From: Mycobacteriales bacterium | Lineage (GTDB): Bacteria > Actinomycetota > Actinomycetes > Mycobacteriales > QHCA01 | NCBI GenBank assembly: GCA_038237645.1 | Contig: JBBRYN010000005.1 | Span: forward strand, 2,026 to 66,025 | DNA length: 64,000 nt | Direction: 5' to 3' | In this document: piece after piece, positions 1 to 9,315 of the stretch | Numbering within the stretch: position 1 is the first letter of the stretch | Layout of the letters: every line of letters begins with the position of its first letter | Position numbers and translations under genes: made by a program | Notes under the pieces: generated by a model | Database searches by the model: none | The model's input: only the letters and a program-made list of their open reading frames with translations | What the model was told of the DNA's origin: nothing

Positions 1-608
1 TCGTGGTAGCCGTCGGGGTCGCCGTCGCTCTCGACGAGGGTCTTCGGGTCGCGCACCGGTGCGCGAGTGGGGTCGGCGTCATCGAAGCCGGGGTTGGCCT
101 GGCTGATCAGCATCACGGCAGCGGCACCGTCGGCCTTCGCCTGGTCGAACGTCTGCTGCATCCACGCGATGTCGGCGGCCGTCCGGGCGGCGTATTCGGC
201 CGGGTCGGGTGCGATGTCGCACAGGTTGTTGCACGACCCCGCGATGTTCAGGGTCGCGTAGATCACGCCCTTGACGCTCCACCGGCGGTTCTCGACGCAC
301 GGTGCCGGCCCGGCGGCCCCCAAGCATGCCGGCGTCGCCTGCACCTGCTGCCGGAGGGGGTGCAGGCCGAGCGAGTACGGCGTGCCGAAGAAGACCTGAC
401 GCTCGTGGTCGAGGCGTTCGCGCGAATTGAAGCCGCCGTTGGACGTCCGGTCGCAGTCGGTCCAGTCGTTGTCCCCGGGTGTGACGATCGCCGGCCGCCG
501 GAGCCCGCTTAAGTAGCGGAGCCTGCACACCGTGCCTCCTCTGCCGAGATCGACGAACTTGGCCGCCATGCTGCCAGGTCCGGCCGATACCGGCCCGGGC
601 CCGGTCAT
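1..608 (-). CDS. metallophosphoesterase-like protein, partial (3' end runs off the window)
   Basis: Absent from the ORF track because it has no stop inside the window. Manual minus-strand translation from ATG 608 gives MTGPGPVSAGPGSMAAKFVDL...AIVTPGDNDWTDCDRTSNGGFNSRERLDHERQVFFGTPYSLG...VMLISQANPGFDDADP... and stays open down to base 3. The PGDNDWTDC block is typical of calcineurin-like phosphoesterases. The ATG overlaps the stop of the upstream gene (ATGA). Only about 38 aa precede that motif, so the N-terminus may be atypical. Confidence 0.5.
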   Translation of the reverse strand, partial: MTGPGPVSAGPGSMAAKFVDLGRGGTVCRLRYLSGLRRPAIVTPGDNDWTDCDRTSNGGFNSRERLDHERQVFFGTPYSLGLHPLRQQVQATPACLGAAGPAPCVENRRWSVKGVIYATLNIAGSCNNLCDIAPDPAEYAARTAADIAWMQQTFDQAKADGAAAVMLISQANPGFDDADPTRAPVRDPKTLVESDGDPDGYH

Positions 609-922
609 CCGTCGGCCCGATCGCTGCCGTGCCGCCCGTCATCGGCGAGCAGCACCTCGTAGGCACTGGGCTCGTCGATCGACTCCGCCAGGAGAGTCGC
701 CGCGGTGACCTTGACCTGATAGTCGGACACCGCTCTGCGGTAGGCGCCCACGCCGTCCCACTCGGTCAGGAAGACCCAACGCGTCGGATCGTCGAGCGCC
801 CGGGCGACCTGACCGCGGCGGTAGCCGGCGCGCGTCGCCAGCGTCGCCAACGCGGCTTCCGCACGGCCGGCGAAGGAGTCGCCGCGATCGGCAGGCACGA
901 CGAAGCGGGAGAAGACGAACAC
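605..922 (-). CDS. antibiotic-biosynthesis-monooxygenase (ABM) domain-like small protein
   Basis: 105-aa ORF MFVFSRFVVPADRGDSF...WVFLTEWDGVGAYRRAVSDYQVKV. Size and the ferredoxin-like ABM pattern fit. High GC3 in this frame. Confidence 0.55.
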   Translation of the reverse strand: MFVFSRFVVPADRGDSFAGRAEAALATLATRAGYRRGQVARALDDPTRWVFLTEWDGVGAYRRAVSDYQVKVTAATLLAESIDEPSAYEVLLADDGRHGSDRADG

Positions 923-972
923 AGCGGGCTCCTGGAAGGATGGCTGCCGTGACCCTATCGAGGAGTGCCTGA

Positions 973-1257
973 GTGCCCGGAAGCCTGCGCGACGACGTGG
1001 ACCGCCGCAGCATCGTCGCCCTGAGCTATCTCAACTCGCTGCCCCGCAGTATTCCCTTCGGCCTGATCATGCTCCTGCTCCTCGTCGGCGTGCTCACCAC
1101 CGGGATCGTCGCCGCTGCCGCCCTCGGCCTCGTCGCGCTGTTCATGGCCTGGCTGCTGTACGTCGGCTGGCCGCAGATGTCGCCGACGTCGCGCGGGTTG
1201 CGGCTGCTGGTGACCCTGGCAGTCACCGGAGTGGCTGCCAGTCAGTTCCTGACATGA
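973..1257 (+). CDS. small two-TM membrane protein (hypothetical)
   Basis: 94-aa ORF with a GTG start. It has two clear hydrophobic helices (IPFGLIMLLLLVGVLTTGIVAAAALGLVALFMAWLLYVGW; LRLLVTLAVTGVAASQF). Confidence 0.5.
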   Translation: MPGSLRDDVDRRSIVALSYLNSLPRSIPFGLIMLLLLVGVLTTGIVAAAALGLVALFMAWLLYVGWPQMSPTSRGLRLLVTLAVTGVAASQFLT

Positions 1258-1311
1258 TCGCCGGCGCCTGCCACACCGTGGTCCGAGGTCAGCCCCGGCT
1301 GTCACGCTGGA

Positions 1312-2070
1312 CTACTGCTCGTACGGCTCTCTGGGCGGGGTGATCTCCCGGACGCCGGTCACCAGGATCCGCGGGATGCGCTCACCGACACCGCCGTCCA
1401 GCCCTGGCGTGTAGCGGCCCGTCACCTCGATCCAACTGTCGGCCGGGAAGGCCCCGGACGCACCGCTCACCGCCACCTTGACCGGCCGGCTGTCGGCGGC
1501 ACAACAGGCGATGGTCATCCGGGTCAGGTAGTAGCCACCCTCTCGGCGAGTTGTGACAAAGCCACGCAGGCGCATCGACCGCCCCGCCATGCTGCGGCCC
1601 TTGTCCCACACCGCACGGCCGGCATAGTCGCTCAGCGTCGTCTCCACCGGGTCGCCGGCCGGCAGCGGGGCGAAGCCCGTCTCCGGCTTGCCGATCACCG
1701 CATTGCTCCTGCCGGCCGAGTAGGCGCCAAGTGCCGGTGGAGCGACGCCGAAGATTGCCAGGATCGGCAGCGCCAACAGCCAGGCGACGGCGGGCCCACG
1801 GGCATGATCGTGCTCAGCATGGTCGTGCTCGTGCTCTCCCCCAGCCGCCCGCGTGCGCCCCGCCGTGCCTCGCGCCTCGCTGGACGGACGCCGCGCGATC
1901 GTGTCCCGCCACAACGACACGACCCCGACGGCGATCAGCAGCACGGCCGCGATCAGCAGGTAGGGCCGGAGCCCTGCCTTGACGTAGCGCAAGTAGACGT
2001 CGGTCAGTGACACCCGCAGGACCGCACTGCCGAGCAGCGTGACGAGCAGGCCCTGCGCCTCGCGGCTCAC
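1312..2070 (-). CDS. TIGR03943-family putative permease subunit with a His-rich loop
   Basis: C-terminal 253 aa of the 1312..2508 ORF. The GTG at 2070 overlaps the stop of the upstream permease (GTGA). Two TM helices flank GGEHEHDHAEHDHARG. The C-terminal domain ...YYLTRMTIACCAADSRPVKVAV... is typical of the family that pairs with PF03773-type permeases. Confidence 0.75.
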   Translation of the reverse strand: MSREAQGLLVTLLGSAVLRVSLTDVYLRYVKAGLRPYLLIAAVLLIAVGVVSLWRDTIARRPSSEARGTAGRTRAAGGEHEHDHAEHDHARGPAVAWLLALPILAIFGVAPPALGAYSAGRSNAVIGKPETGFAPLPAGDPVETTLSDYAGRAVWDKGRSMAGRSMRLRGFVTTRREGGYYLTRMTIACCAADSRPVKVAVSGASGAFPADSWIEVTGRYTPGLDGGVGERIPRILVTGVREITPPREPYEQ

Positions 2071-3128
2071 AACAGCACCGCCCCGACACCCAGGGCACAG
2101 CACAGCGCCACGGCGAACGTCGCCGGCGCAAACCGCAGCGCGAAGCGACGGCCGAACGTGCCGGCCTGCAGCGCGAACAGCTTCACGTCGACCGCAGGGC
2201 CCACCACCATGAACGCCAACTGAGCCGCCGTCGGGAATGCCGTCAGGCTGGCCGCGACGAAAGCGTCCGCCTCCGAACAGATGGCCAGCACGACCGCGAG
2301 CGCGCCCAGCACGAGCACGGACAGCAGCGGGTTGCCGCCGAGGGAGTCGAGCACCCCACGGGGGACGACGACGTTGAGCGTCGCGGCCGTCATGCCGCCG
2401 ACGACGAGAAACCCCCCTGCATGCACGAAGTCGTGCCGCACGGAGACGCGCCACGCCTCGCCCCGGGGCAGACCGGCCACCCGAGGTCGCCGCGCACGCC
2501 GCAACCATTCACCGCGACCGAACCGGAGCCACAGCCACCCCATCACGACCGACGTCAGCAGCGAGGCGACAAACCGGGCCAGCACCACCGACGGCCGGCC
2601 GGGGAAGGCCACCGCGGTGGCGACGAGAACCACCGGGTTGATCGCCGGCGCGGACAGCAGGAACGCGAAGGCCGCTCCCGGCGGCACCCCACGAGCGATC
2701 AGGCCACCGGCGATCGGCACCGATCCGCATTCGCAGCCGGGCAGCACGACACCCGCCACCCCGGCCACCGGCACCGCGAGCGCGGGCCGCCGAGGCAGCG
2801 CACGGGCGAAGAACGAGGGTGGCACAACGGTGGAGATCGCCGCACTGATCGCGACACCGAGCACGAGAAAGGGAAAGGCCTGGACCACCAGGGCGACGAA
2901 GATCGTCGCCCACGCCTGCACCGCCGGCCCGTCCAGCAGGCTGCCGAGGAGCGGGCGCAAGAGCAGGGTGCCGACCAGCATCGCCGCCAGCAGATCGAGC
3001 GAGCCGATCCGCCGGGACCGATGCGGCCGGTCGCTGCGCTCGGCAGCCTCCGCGACCGGCTCCTCGTCGAGCAGCTGGGCCGGCCGCTGCTCGCTCGGCT
3101 CAGCACGGGTCAGGTCTGCCTCGGTCAC
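2067..3128 (-). CDS. permease (UPF0718/ArsP-like, PF03773-type)
   Basis: 353-aa polytopic membrane protein containing the GCECGSVPIAGGL motif. It is adjacent and translationally coupled to the TIGR03943 partner. Confidence 0.8.
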   Translation of the reverse strand: MTEADLTRAEPSEQRPAQLLDEEPVAEAAERSDRPHRSRRIGSLDLLAAMLVGTLLLRPLLGSLLDGPAVQAWATIFVALVVQAFPFLVLGVAISAAISTVVPPSFFARALPRRPALAVPVAGVAGVVLPGCECGSVPIAGGLIARGVPPGAAFAFLLSAPAINPVVLVATAVAFPGRPSVVLARFVASLLTSVVMGWLWLRFGRGEWLRRARRPRVAGLPRGEAWRVSVRHDFVHAGGFLVVGGMTAATLNVVVPRGVLDSLGGNPLLSVLVLGALAVVLAICSEADAFVAASLTAFPTAAQLAFMVVGPAVDVKLFALQAGTFGRRFALRFAPATFAVALCCALGVGAVLL

Positions 3129-3175
3129 GACAGGGACGCTACCGGCTGGGACGTGGCCTGCCCGTCGCGATTCGG

Positions 3176-3952
3176 TCAGCTGTGGACGGCCCCACCGAAG
3201 CGGCGGTCACGAGCTGCGTAGGCTGCGCAGGCCGTCCACAGGTCACGCCGGTCGAAGTCGGGAAAGAGGGTGTCGAGGAACACCATCTCCGCGTACACCG
3301 ATTGCCAGGGCAGGAAGTTCGACGTGCGTCGCTCCCCGGACGAGCGTACGAACAAGTCGACGTCGGGCATCTCCGGCTCGTCGAGATACCGCGCGAAGAC
3401 CCGCTCGTCAACCTTGCCGGGATCGAGCAGGCCGGCGGCGACGTCCAGGGCCAATCGCCGGGCGGCGTCGGCGATCTCCGCCCGGCCGCCGTAGTTGACG
3501 CACATCGTCAGCGTGAGGCCGGTGTTGTGCCGAGTGAGTTCCTCCGCCGCCTCGAGTTCCCGGATGACGCTGCGCCACAGCCGCGGCCGCCTGCCTGCCC
3601 ACCGGACCCGCACCCCCAGCGCGTGCATCTCGTCGCACCGCCGGCGGATCACGTCGCGGTTGAAGCCCATCAGGAAGCGCACCTCGTCGGGCGAGCGCTT
3701 CCAGTTCTCGGTCGAAAAGGCATAGGCCGACAGCCACCCGACGCCGAGCTCGATGGCCCCCTCGATGACATCGAACAGCGCGGCCTCGCCCCGCTCGTGT
3801 CCGGCCGTCCTGGGCAGGCCCCGGCTCGCCGCCCACCTGCCGTTGCCGTCCATGACCAGCGCGACATGCCGTGGCACCCGGTCGGGCGGCAGGGCTGGCG
3901 GGCGAGCACCCGACGGATGCGGACCCGGCGGTCGGGCGGCGCTGCGGCTCAC
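3176..3952 (-). CDS. uppS: isoprenyl transferase / undecaprenyl-diphosphate synthase
   Basis: [13 protein letters not shown]...[12 protein letters not shown]...VNYGGRAEI...[20 protein letters not shown]. Start set at GTG 3952, downstream of the recO stop; the longer track ORF overlaps recO. Confidence 0.93.
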   Translation of the reverse strand: MSRSAARPPGPHPSGARPPALPPDRVPRHVALVMDGNGRWAASRGLPRTAGHERGEAALFDVIEGAIELGVGWLSAYAFSTENWKRSPDEVRFLMGFNRDVIRRRCDEMHALGVRVRWAGRRPRLWRSVIRELEAAEELTRHNTGLTLTMCVNYGGRAEIADAARRLALDVAAGLLDPGKVDERVFARYLDEPEMPDVDLFVRSSGERRTSNFLPWQSVYAEMVFLDTLFPDFDRRDLWTACAAYAARDRRFGGAVHS

Positions 3953-3992
3953 GTCTGCAACGGTAACCGGGGCTCGGTGGCAGGGTAGGGAA

Positions 3993-4739
3993 CTAGACTC
4001 GCTCGACGTACGGCAGGGAGCGCAGGCCGCGCTCGAGATGCCACTGCAGGTGAGCGGCCACCAAGCCGGCTCCCTCGCGGCGCGCCCCCGGCTCGCTGGC
4101 GTCTGCGACAACCCATTGCCCGGTGAGCAGGGCGCTCATGAGCAGCACCGTCGCGGCTGACGGCGTCACGGACCCGCTCGGCCGGCAGGTCGCGCACACC
4201 ACTCCGCCACCGGCGACGGAGAACGCCCCGTGCGGCCCCGGCGCCCCGCACTTGGCGCAATCGCGCAGGGCCGGCTCCCAGCCGGCCACCGCCATCGCAC
4301 GCAGCAGGAAGGCGTCGAGCACCAGCGGCGGGTCGTGCTCCCCGTCGGTCAGCGACCGGAGCGCGCCGATGACCAGCAGAAACAGTCGCAGTGATGGCTC
4401 CTGCTCCTCGGCGGTGAGCCGTTCGGCGGTCTCCAGGACGGCGGTGCCGGCGGTGTAGCGGGGGTAGTCGGCGGCGAGTTCGGCGCCGTAGTTCCGTATC
4501 CCCTCGGCCTGGTTGACGATGTCGAGGGACCGGCCCGCGTAGAACTGGCAGTCGACGTGGCTGAACGGCTCCAGCCGGGCGCCGAACTTCGATCGGGTCC
4601 GTCGCACCCCCTTGGCGACCCCGCGCACCCGGCCGTGCCGGCGAGTCAGCACGGTGACGATGCGGTCGGCCTCGCCCAGCTTCTGGACGCGCAGCACCAC
4701 GCCGTCGTCGCGATAGAGGGTCACCACCCCATTGTCCAT
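3993..4739 (-). CDS. recO: DNA repair protein RecO
   Basis: [58 protein letters not shown] plus a C-terminal Cys cluster (CAKCG...CATC). The ORF extends to 4793; ATG 4739 was chosen by comparison with mycobacterial RecO N-termini, so the start is uncertain. Confidence 0.9.
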   Translation of the reverse strand: MDNGVVTLYRDDGVVLRVQKLGEADRIVTVLTRRHGRVRGVAKGVRRTRSKFGARLEPFSHVDCQFYAGRSLDIVNQAEGIRNYGAELAADYPRYTAGTAVLETAERLTAEEQEPSLRLFLLVIGALRSLTDGEHDPPLVLDAFLLRAMAVAGWEPALRDCAKCGAPGPHGAFSVAGGGVVCATCRPSGSVTPSAATVLLMSALLTGQWVVADASEPGARREGAGLVAAHLQWHLERGLRSLPYVERV

Positions 4740-4810
4740 CGGGGGCAACGTGACGGGTACTTCGACCCGGCGAATTGCCATACCTCGGCTCACGAGGTAC
4801 CTTGTCCCAC

Positions 4811-5152
4811 GTGGTAGTCGCCAGTGATGTGCTCAGCCAGCTCCGAAGGGGCGCGTTGGAATACTGCGTGCTCGGACTGCTGGCCGGCGAGGAGCGATAC
4901 GGCTTCGACATCGCGCGCACCCTCGGCGCGATCGACGGCATGGTGACCGGCCAGGGCACGCTCTATCCGCTGCTGTCCCGCCTCAAGAAGGACGGGCATG
5001 TGTCGGCGACCTGGCGCGAGTCGGAGAGTGGCCCGCCTCGCAAGTACTACGCGATCACCGCCGAGGGCCGCCGGGCTCTCGCCGACTTCACCACCCAGTG
5101 GCGCCGATTCCGCGACGCCGTCGACGACATCCTTCCCGAGGAGCAGACATGA
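4811..5152 (+). CDS. PadR-family transcriptional regulator
   Basis: LRRGALEYCVLGLLAGEERYGFDIARTL...GTLYPLLSRLKKDGHVSATWRESESGPPRKYYAIT is a textbook PadR winged helix. The start is uncertain (GTG 4811 or 4829, TTG 4775). Confidence 0.85.
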   Translation: MVVASDVLSQLRRGALEYCVLGLLAGEERYGFDIARTLGAIDGMVTGQGTLYPLLSRLKKDGHVSATWRESESGPPRKYYAITAEGRRALADFTTQWRRFRDAVDDILPEEQT

Positions 5153-5787
5153 TGACCGCTACGCATCCCGTGGCCGAGGACTACCTGCGGCGCTTCGAGC
5201 GCGCAGCCAGGGCGCTCCCCGCGCGCCAGCGCCAGGAGCTGGTCGCCGAGATCCGCAGTCACGTATCGACCGGGCTCGCGCCGGACTCGACCGAGGCAGA
5301 CGTCCACAGTCTTCTCGACGAGCTGGGTACGCCCGAGGCCATTGTCGCGGCCGCCCAGCCCGACCTCCCCACGGCGCGACGCGGCCTGCGCGAGACCCTG
5401 GCCCTGGTGCTGATGGTGTTCGGCTTCATACCGATCCTGGGCTGGATCGTCGGAGTGGCACTGATGCTGTCGTCGACGCTCTGGTCCGGCCGGCAGAAGC
5501 TGCTCGGCATCCTCGTGTGGCCAGGCGGGCTGGGCAGCGTTGTCCTGCTCGGCGGCTTCGTGTCAGTGGCGTCGGGGGCACCGTGCGGCACGGAGGTCAA
5601 CCCGCAGGTGACCCCGACGCAGGGCTACCTGACGGCCACCGCCCCGGACCCCTGCGCGGAGACCCATACATCGTGGCCCGTCACCGGCGTCGCCCTTATC
5701 GTGCTCATCGTCCTGGCCCAGTTGGCCGTTGCCGGCTACCTGTACCAGGCCGCCGGGCGGCGGTCACTGCAGGCTCAGCCGGCCTGA
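5149..5787 (+). CDS. PadR-associated membrane protein (HAAS/DUF1700-like)
   Basis: ATG 5149 overlaps the PadR stop (ATGA). The N-terminal helical segment AEDYLRRFERAARALPARQRQELVAEIRSHV is followed by several TM helices. Confidence 0.65.
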   Translation: MMTATHPVAEDYLRRFERAARALPARQRQELVAEIRSHVSTGLAPDSTEADVHSLLDELGTPEAIVAAAQPDLPTARRGLRETLALVLMVFGFIPILGWIVGVALMLSSTLWSGRQKLLGILVWPGGLGSVVLLGGFVSVASGAPCGTEVNPQVTPTQGYLTATAPDPCAETHTSWPVTGVALIVLIVLAQLAVAGYLYQAAGRRSLQAQPA

Positions 5788-5794
5788 CCCACGG

Positions 5795-6736
5795 TCAGAA
5801 GCCCAGTCGCTGGAGCTGCTTGGGATCGCGCTGCCAGTCCTTCGTGACGCTGACGTGCAGGTCGAGATAGACCCGGGCACCCAGCAGGGCTTCGATGCCC
5901 GCTCGGGCCCGGGTGCCCACAGCCTTCACCCGCTCCCCCTGGTGGCCGAGCACGATGCCCTTCTGACTGGGCCGCTCGACGTGCACGGTGGCGTAGATCT
6001 GCAGCATGTCGGGCCGCCCCTCCCGCGGGCCCATCTCCTCAACCGTGACGGCGAGGGAGTGTGGCAGCTCGTCCCGCACGCCTTCGAGCGCCGCCTCACG
6101 GATCAACTCGGCCACCATCACCTGCTCGGGTTCGTCGGTCAGCTCGCCGTCGACGTACACGGGGAGAGACTCCGGCATCCGGGCGGCCAGCAGGTCGGCG
6201 AGCAGGTCGACCTGGTACGCCGAGACGGCACTCACCGGGACGACCTCGTCCCATGGGAGCAACGCGTTCAGGGCCACCAGTTGCTCGGTGACCTGTTGCG
6301 GTGTGGCCAGGTCTGCCTTGGTCAGCACTGCGATCCTGGCCGTCCGGAGGCCGGCCAGCTCCCGGGCGATGAAGCGATCGCCCGGGCCGACCGGCTCGTC
6401 GGCCGGGACGCACATGGCGACGACGTCGACCTGGGACAGGGTGGCCCGGACCACCTCGTTGAGCCGCTCCCCCAGCAGCGTGCGGGGCCGATGCAGACCC
6501 GGGGTGTCCACGAGTACGAGTTGACTGTCCGGCCGGTGCACGATGCCGCGAACGGCGTGCCGGGTCGTCTGCGGCCGGCTGCTGGTGATGGCCACCTTGA
6601 CCCCGACCAGAGCGTTGGTGAGGGTGGACTTCCCGGCGTTCGGCCGGCCGACGAAGCAGGCGCAGCCGGCACGGAAGCCGGCCGGCACGGCACCCGACAA
6701 ACTCTCCGGCGCGTCGTCCGGCTGGGCATCGGTCAC
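5795..6736 (-). CDS. era: GTPase Era
   Basis: GRPNAGKSTLTNALVG, DTPG, TKAD and a C-terminal KH domain (YATVHVERPSQKGIVLG). Start set at GTG 6736; the longer track ORF would run past the start of the divergent gene. Confidence 0.93.
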   Translation of the reverse strand: MTDAQPDDAPESLSGAVPAGFRAGCACFVGRPNAGKSTLTNALVGVKVAITSSRPQTTRHAVRGIVHRPDSQLVLVDTPGLHRPRTLLGERLNEVVRATLSQVDVVAMCVPADEPVGPGDRFIARELAGLRTARIAVLTKADLATPQQVTEQLVALNALLPWDEVVPVSAVSAYQVDLLADLLAARMPESLPVYVDGELTDEPEQVMVAELIREAALEGVRDELPHSLAVTVEEMGPREGRPDMLQIYATVHVERPSQKGIVLGHQGERVKAVGTRARAGIEALLGARVYLDLHVSVTKDWQRDPKQLQRLGF

Positions 6737-6794
6737 AGCGCCATCCTGCCGTACACATGGTAGTGATAAGCAGAGGCGGACATAGAGTGAAGTC

Positions 6795-8795
6795 ATGGCT
6801 ACGGTCCGCTTCGCCATCCTGAGGCGCTCGATGGCGGCCTCCCGTGCGTTCACCGCGATCTGCGGCTTCGCGAGCATCGCGCTCGCGGCCACCGTCGTCA
6901 CGGCCACCTCCGCCGCTTCGCCGACCGCCGCACGGGGCACCGGCACAGCGGCCGGCGCGACCCACCTCGTGGCGGCGCCACCCGTCCTCAGCGTGACGCC
7001 AGTGGTGTCCGGTCTCTCCATCCCCTGGGACGTCGAGTTCCTGCCCGACGGCACCATGCTCTACGACCAGCGAGGTGGCGGCCTGTCGATCCGGACGACC
7101 GCCGGCACCGTCCGCAACCTCGCGGCAGACTTCGCCGACCTGTGGGCCAGCGGAGAGACAGGACTGATGGGTCTCGCGGTCGACCCCGGCTTCGCCACGA
7201 ACCGGACCATCTATTCCTGCCAGGGCTGGAAGAACTCCGGCGACACGGTGCACGACGTGCGAGTCGTGAAGTGGACGGTCGACAGTGGACTGACCGTGGC
7301 GACCCGGACCTCCGTCATCGTCTCCGGCATGCCCGCCACCTCCGGACGCCATGGCGGCTGCCGGCTGAGCTTCGATCCCTCCGGCGCCCTCATGGTCGGC
7401 ACCGGCGACGCGGCCACCGGCACGAACCCACAGGACATGACCTCGCTGGGCGGCAAGACGCTACGAGTGCAGGCGGACGGCGCCATCCCCGCCGACAACC
7501 CGTTCGCATCCAGCGGCAACGCCAACACCCGAAGGATCTTCACCTACGGCCACCGCAACGTGCAGGGTCTCGCCCGTCGGCCGGGAACCGGCGAGATGTG
7601 GGCCGTGGAGCATGGGCCGGACCGCGACGACGAGGTAAACCGGCTGATCTCCGGCAGCAACTACGGCTGGGACCCGATCCCGCTGCCCTACAACGAGGCC
7701 GTCCCGATGACGGACCTGACGAAGTTTCCCGACGCCGTGCCCGCCCGCTGGACCTCCGGCGACCCGACGATCGCCACCAGTGGTGCGGACTTCCTGGTCG
7801 GCCAGCGCTGGGGCGACTGGCAGGGCGGCCTCGCGGTCGCGGCCCTCAAGGGCAGCAAGCTGTCGATCATGCTGATGAACCCGGCCGGCACGATCACCCG
7901 GGTCGACACACCGACAACGCTCGAGGGCACGTACGGCCGGCTCCGGGCGGTCCGGATGGGACCGGACGACGCCCTGTATGTGTCGACGTCCAACGGCTCG
8001 AACGACGAGATCCTCCGGGTCGCGCCACCCCCCGTCCCGCCCCCCGGCCCCGGGACCTACCACGACTTCACCGGGGACGGGCGGCCCGACCTGGTGGCCC
8101 GCAGCGCCGACGGCGCGCTGCGTCTCCACCCCGGAAATGGCATCGGCATGAACGGGTCGCAGGTGATCGGCCGCGGCTGGGCCGGCTTCACGGCGCTGTT
8201 CTCACCCGGCGACTGGGACGGCGACGGGTGGCCGGACATCATCGCCCGCACGCCGGGTGGTGACCTGCGGGTCTACTTCTGGAACGGCAGCAGCCTGTCG
8301 AGCAACTACGCCCGGGTCGGCATCGGCTGGAGCGGCGTGTCCCTGGCGTTCTCCCCCGGCGACTTCACCGGTGACGGTCACCCGGACGTCGTCGGCCGGA
8401 CCCCGGACGGGGTGTTGCGGCTGTGGCGGGGCAACGGCGTCGTCCTGGCCGCGCCGACCGTGATCGGCCGAGGGTGGAACGGCATGACGGCCCTGATGTC
8501 ATCCGGCGACTTCAACGGTGACGGGATGACCGACGTACTGGCCCGCAGCAGCGACGGCGTACTCCTGCTCTACGCGGGCGTCCGGACCGGCCTGCGCGGG
8601 TCGACCGTGATCGGCATCCGCTGGGACAGCCTGAGTGCGCTGTTGTCCCCCGGCGACTGGAACATGGACGGCCAGCAGGACCTGGTCGGGCGCTCCGCCA
8701 ATGGCGACCTGCGGCTCTACCGCTGGGGAGGCAGCAGTTTCACCGGCCAGGCCACCATCGGTATCGGCTGGAACGGCCAGACCGCGGTCCTCTGA
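6795..8795 (+). CDS. secreted PQQ-dependent sugar dehydrogenase fused to a C-terminal FG-GAP/VCBS-like repeat region
   Basis: Signal-like N-terminus. Beta-propeller motifs of the soluble glucose/sorbosone dehydrogenase type: LSIPWDVEFLPDGTMLY, HGGCRLSFDPSG, YGHRNVQGLA...MWAVEHGPDRDDEVN...GSNYGWDP. From about nt 8066 there are five repeats of about 47 aa of the form GDxxGDGxPDxxxRxxxGxLxLYxGxG...IGxGW. Confidence 0.8.
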   Translation: MATVRFAILRRSMAASRAFTAICGFASIALAATVVTATSAASPTAARGTGTAAGATHLVAAPPVLSVTPVVSGLSIPWDVEFLPDGTMLYDQRGGGLSIRTTAGTVRNLAADFADLWASGETGLMGLAVDPGFATNRTIYSCQGWKNSGDTVHDVRVVKWTVDSGLTVATRTSVIVSGMPATSGRHGGCRLSFDPSGALMVGTGDAATGTNPQDMTSLGGKTLRVQADGAIPADNPFASSGNANTRRIFTYGHRNVQGLARRPGTGEMWAVEHGPDRDDEVNRLISGSNYGWDPIPLPYNEAVPMTDLTKFPDAVPARWTSGDPTIATSGADFLVGQRWGDWQGGLAVAALKGSKLSIMLMNPAGTITRVDTPTTLEGTYGRLRAVRMGPDDALYVSTSNGSNDEILRVAPPPVPPPGPGTYHDFTGDGRPDLVARSADGALRLHPGNGIGMNGSQVIGRGWAGFTALFSPGDWDGDGWPDIIARTPGGDLRVYFWNGSSLSSNYARVGIGWSGVSLAFSPGDFTGDGHPDVVGRTPDGVLRLWRGNGVVLAAPTVIGRGWNGMTALMSSGDFNGDGMTDVLARSSDGVLLLYAGVRTGLRGSTVIGIRWDSLSALLSPGDWNMDGQQDLVGRSANGDLRLYRWGGSSFTGQATIGIGWNGQTAVL

Positions 8796-8871
8796 CGTCC
8801 CCGCTTCTTCTCCTGGTTCCGTATGGTTCCACTTCTTGACAAGTTCCAGGAAAGGCGGTTGGCTCAACGCG

Positions 8872-9315
8872 ATGACCGGCCGACAGATCGATCTCCTACG
8901 CAGCCACGGGCTGCGCGTGACGGCGGCCCGGCTCGCGGTCCTGGAGACGCTGCGCGAGCAGCCCCACGTCGCCGCCGACACGGTGGCCGCCGAGAGCCGG
9001 CGCCGGCTCGGCACGCTGTCCACCCAGGCGGTCTACGACACCCTGCACGCCTTCACCGCCGCCGGGCTGATCCGCCGGATCGAGCCGGCCGGCAGCGCCG
9101 CGGTGTATGAGACCCGGGTCGGCGACAACCATCATCACGTCGTCTGCCGGCGCTGCGGTGTGATCGCCGACGTCGACTGTGCCGTCGGCAGCGCACCGTG
9201 CCTGGACCCGTCCATCTCGCCGGACGGCGAAGCCCACGGCTTCATCGTCGACGAGGCAGAGGTCACGTACTGGGGCCTGTGCTCCACCTGCACCGGAGAA
9301 AGGGAATCCGCATGA
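8872..9315 (+). CDS. Fur-family (FurA/CatR-like) peroxide-responsive transcriptional regulator
   Basis: [14 protein letters not shown]...[10 protein letters not shown]...CSTC, with metal-site Cys/His pairs. It lies directly upstream of catalase and its stop overlaps the catalase start (ATGA). Confidence 0.85.
   Translation: MTGRQIDLLRSHGLRVTAARLAVLETLREQPHVAADTVAAESRRRLGTLSTQAVYDTLHAFTAAGLIRRIEPAGSAAVYETRVGDNHHHVVCRRCGVIADVDCAVGSAPCLDPSISPDGEAHGFIVDEAEVTYWGLCSTCTGERESA

Noticed and set aside
3-666. Track ORFs 3..512 (+) and 79..666 (-)
   Set aside because: Both are R/G/V-rich. A third frame on the minus strand, not listed because it lacks a stop in the window, gives a sensible phosphoesterase-like protein across the same bases.
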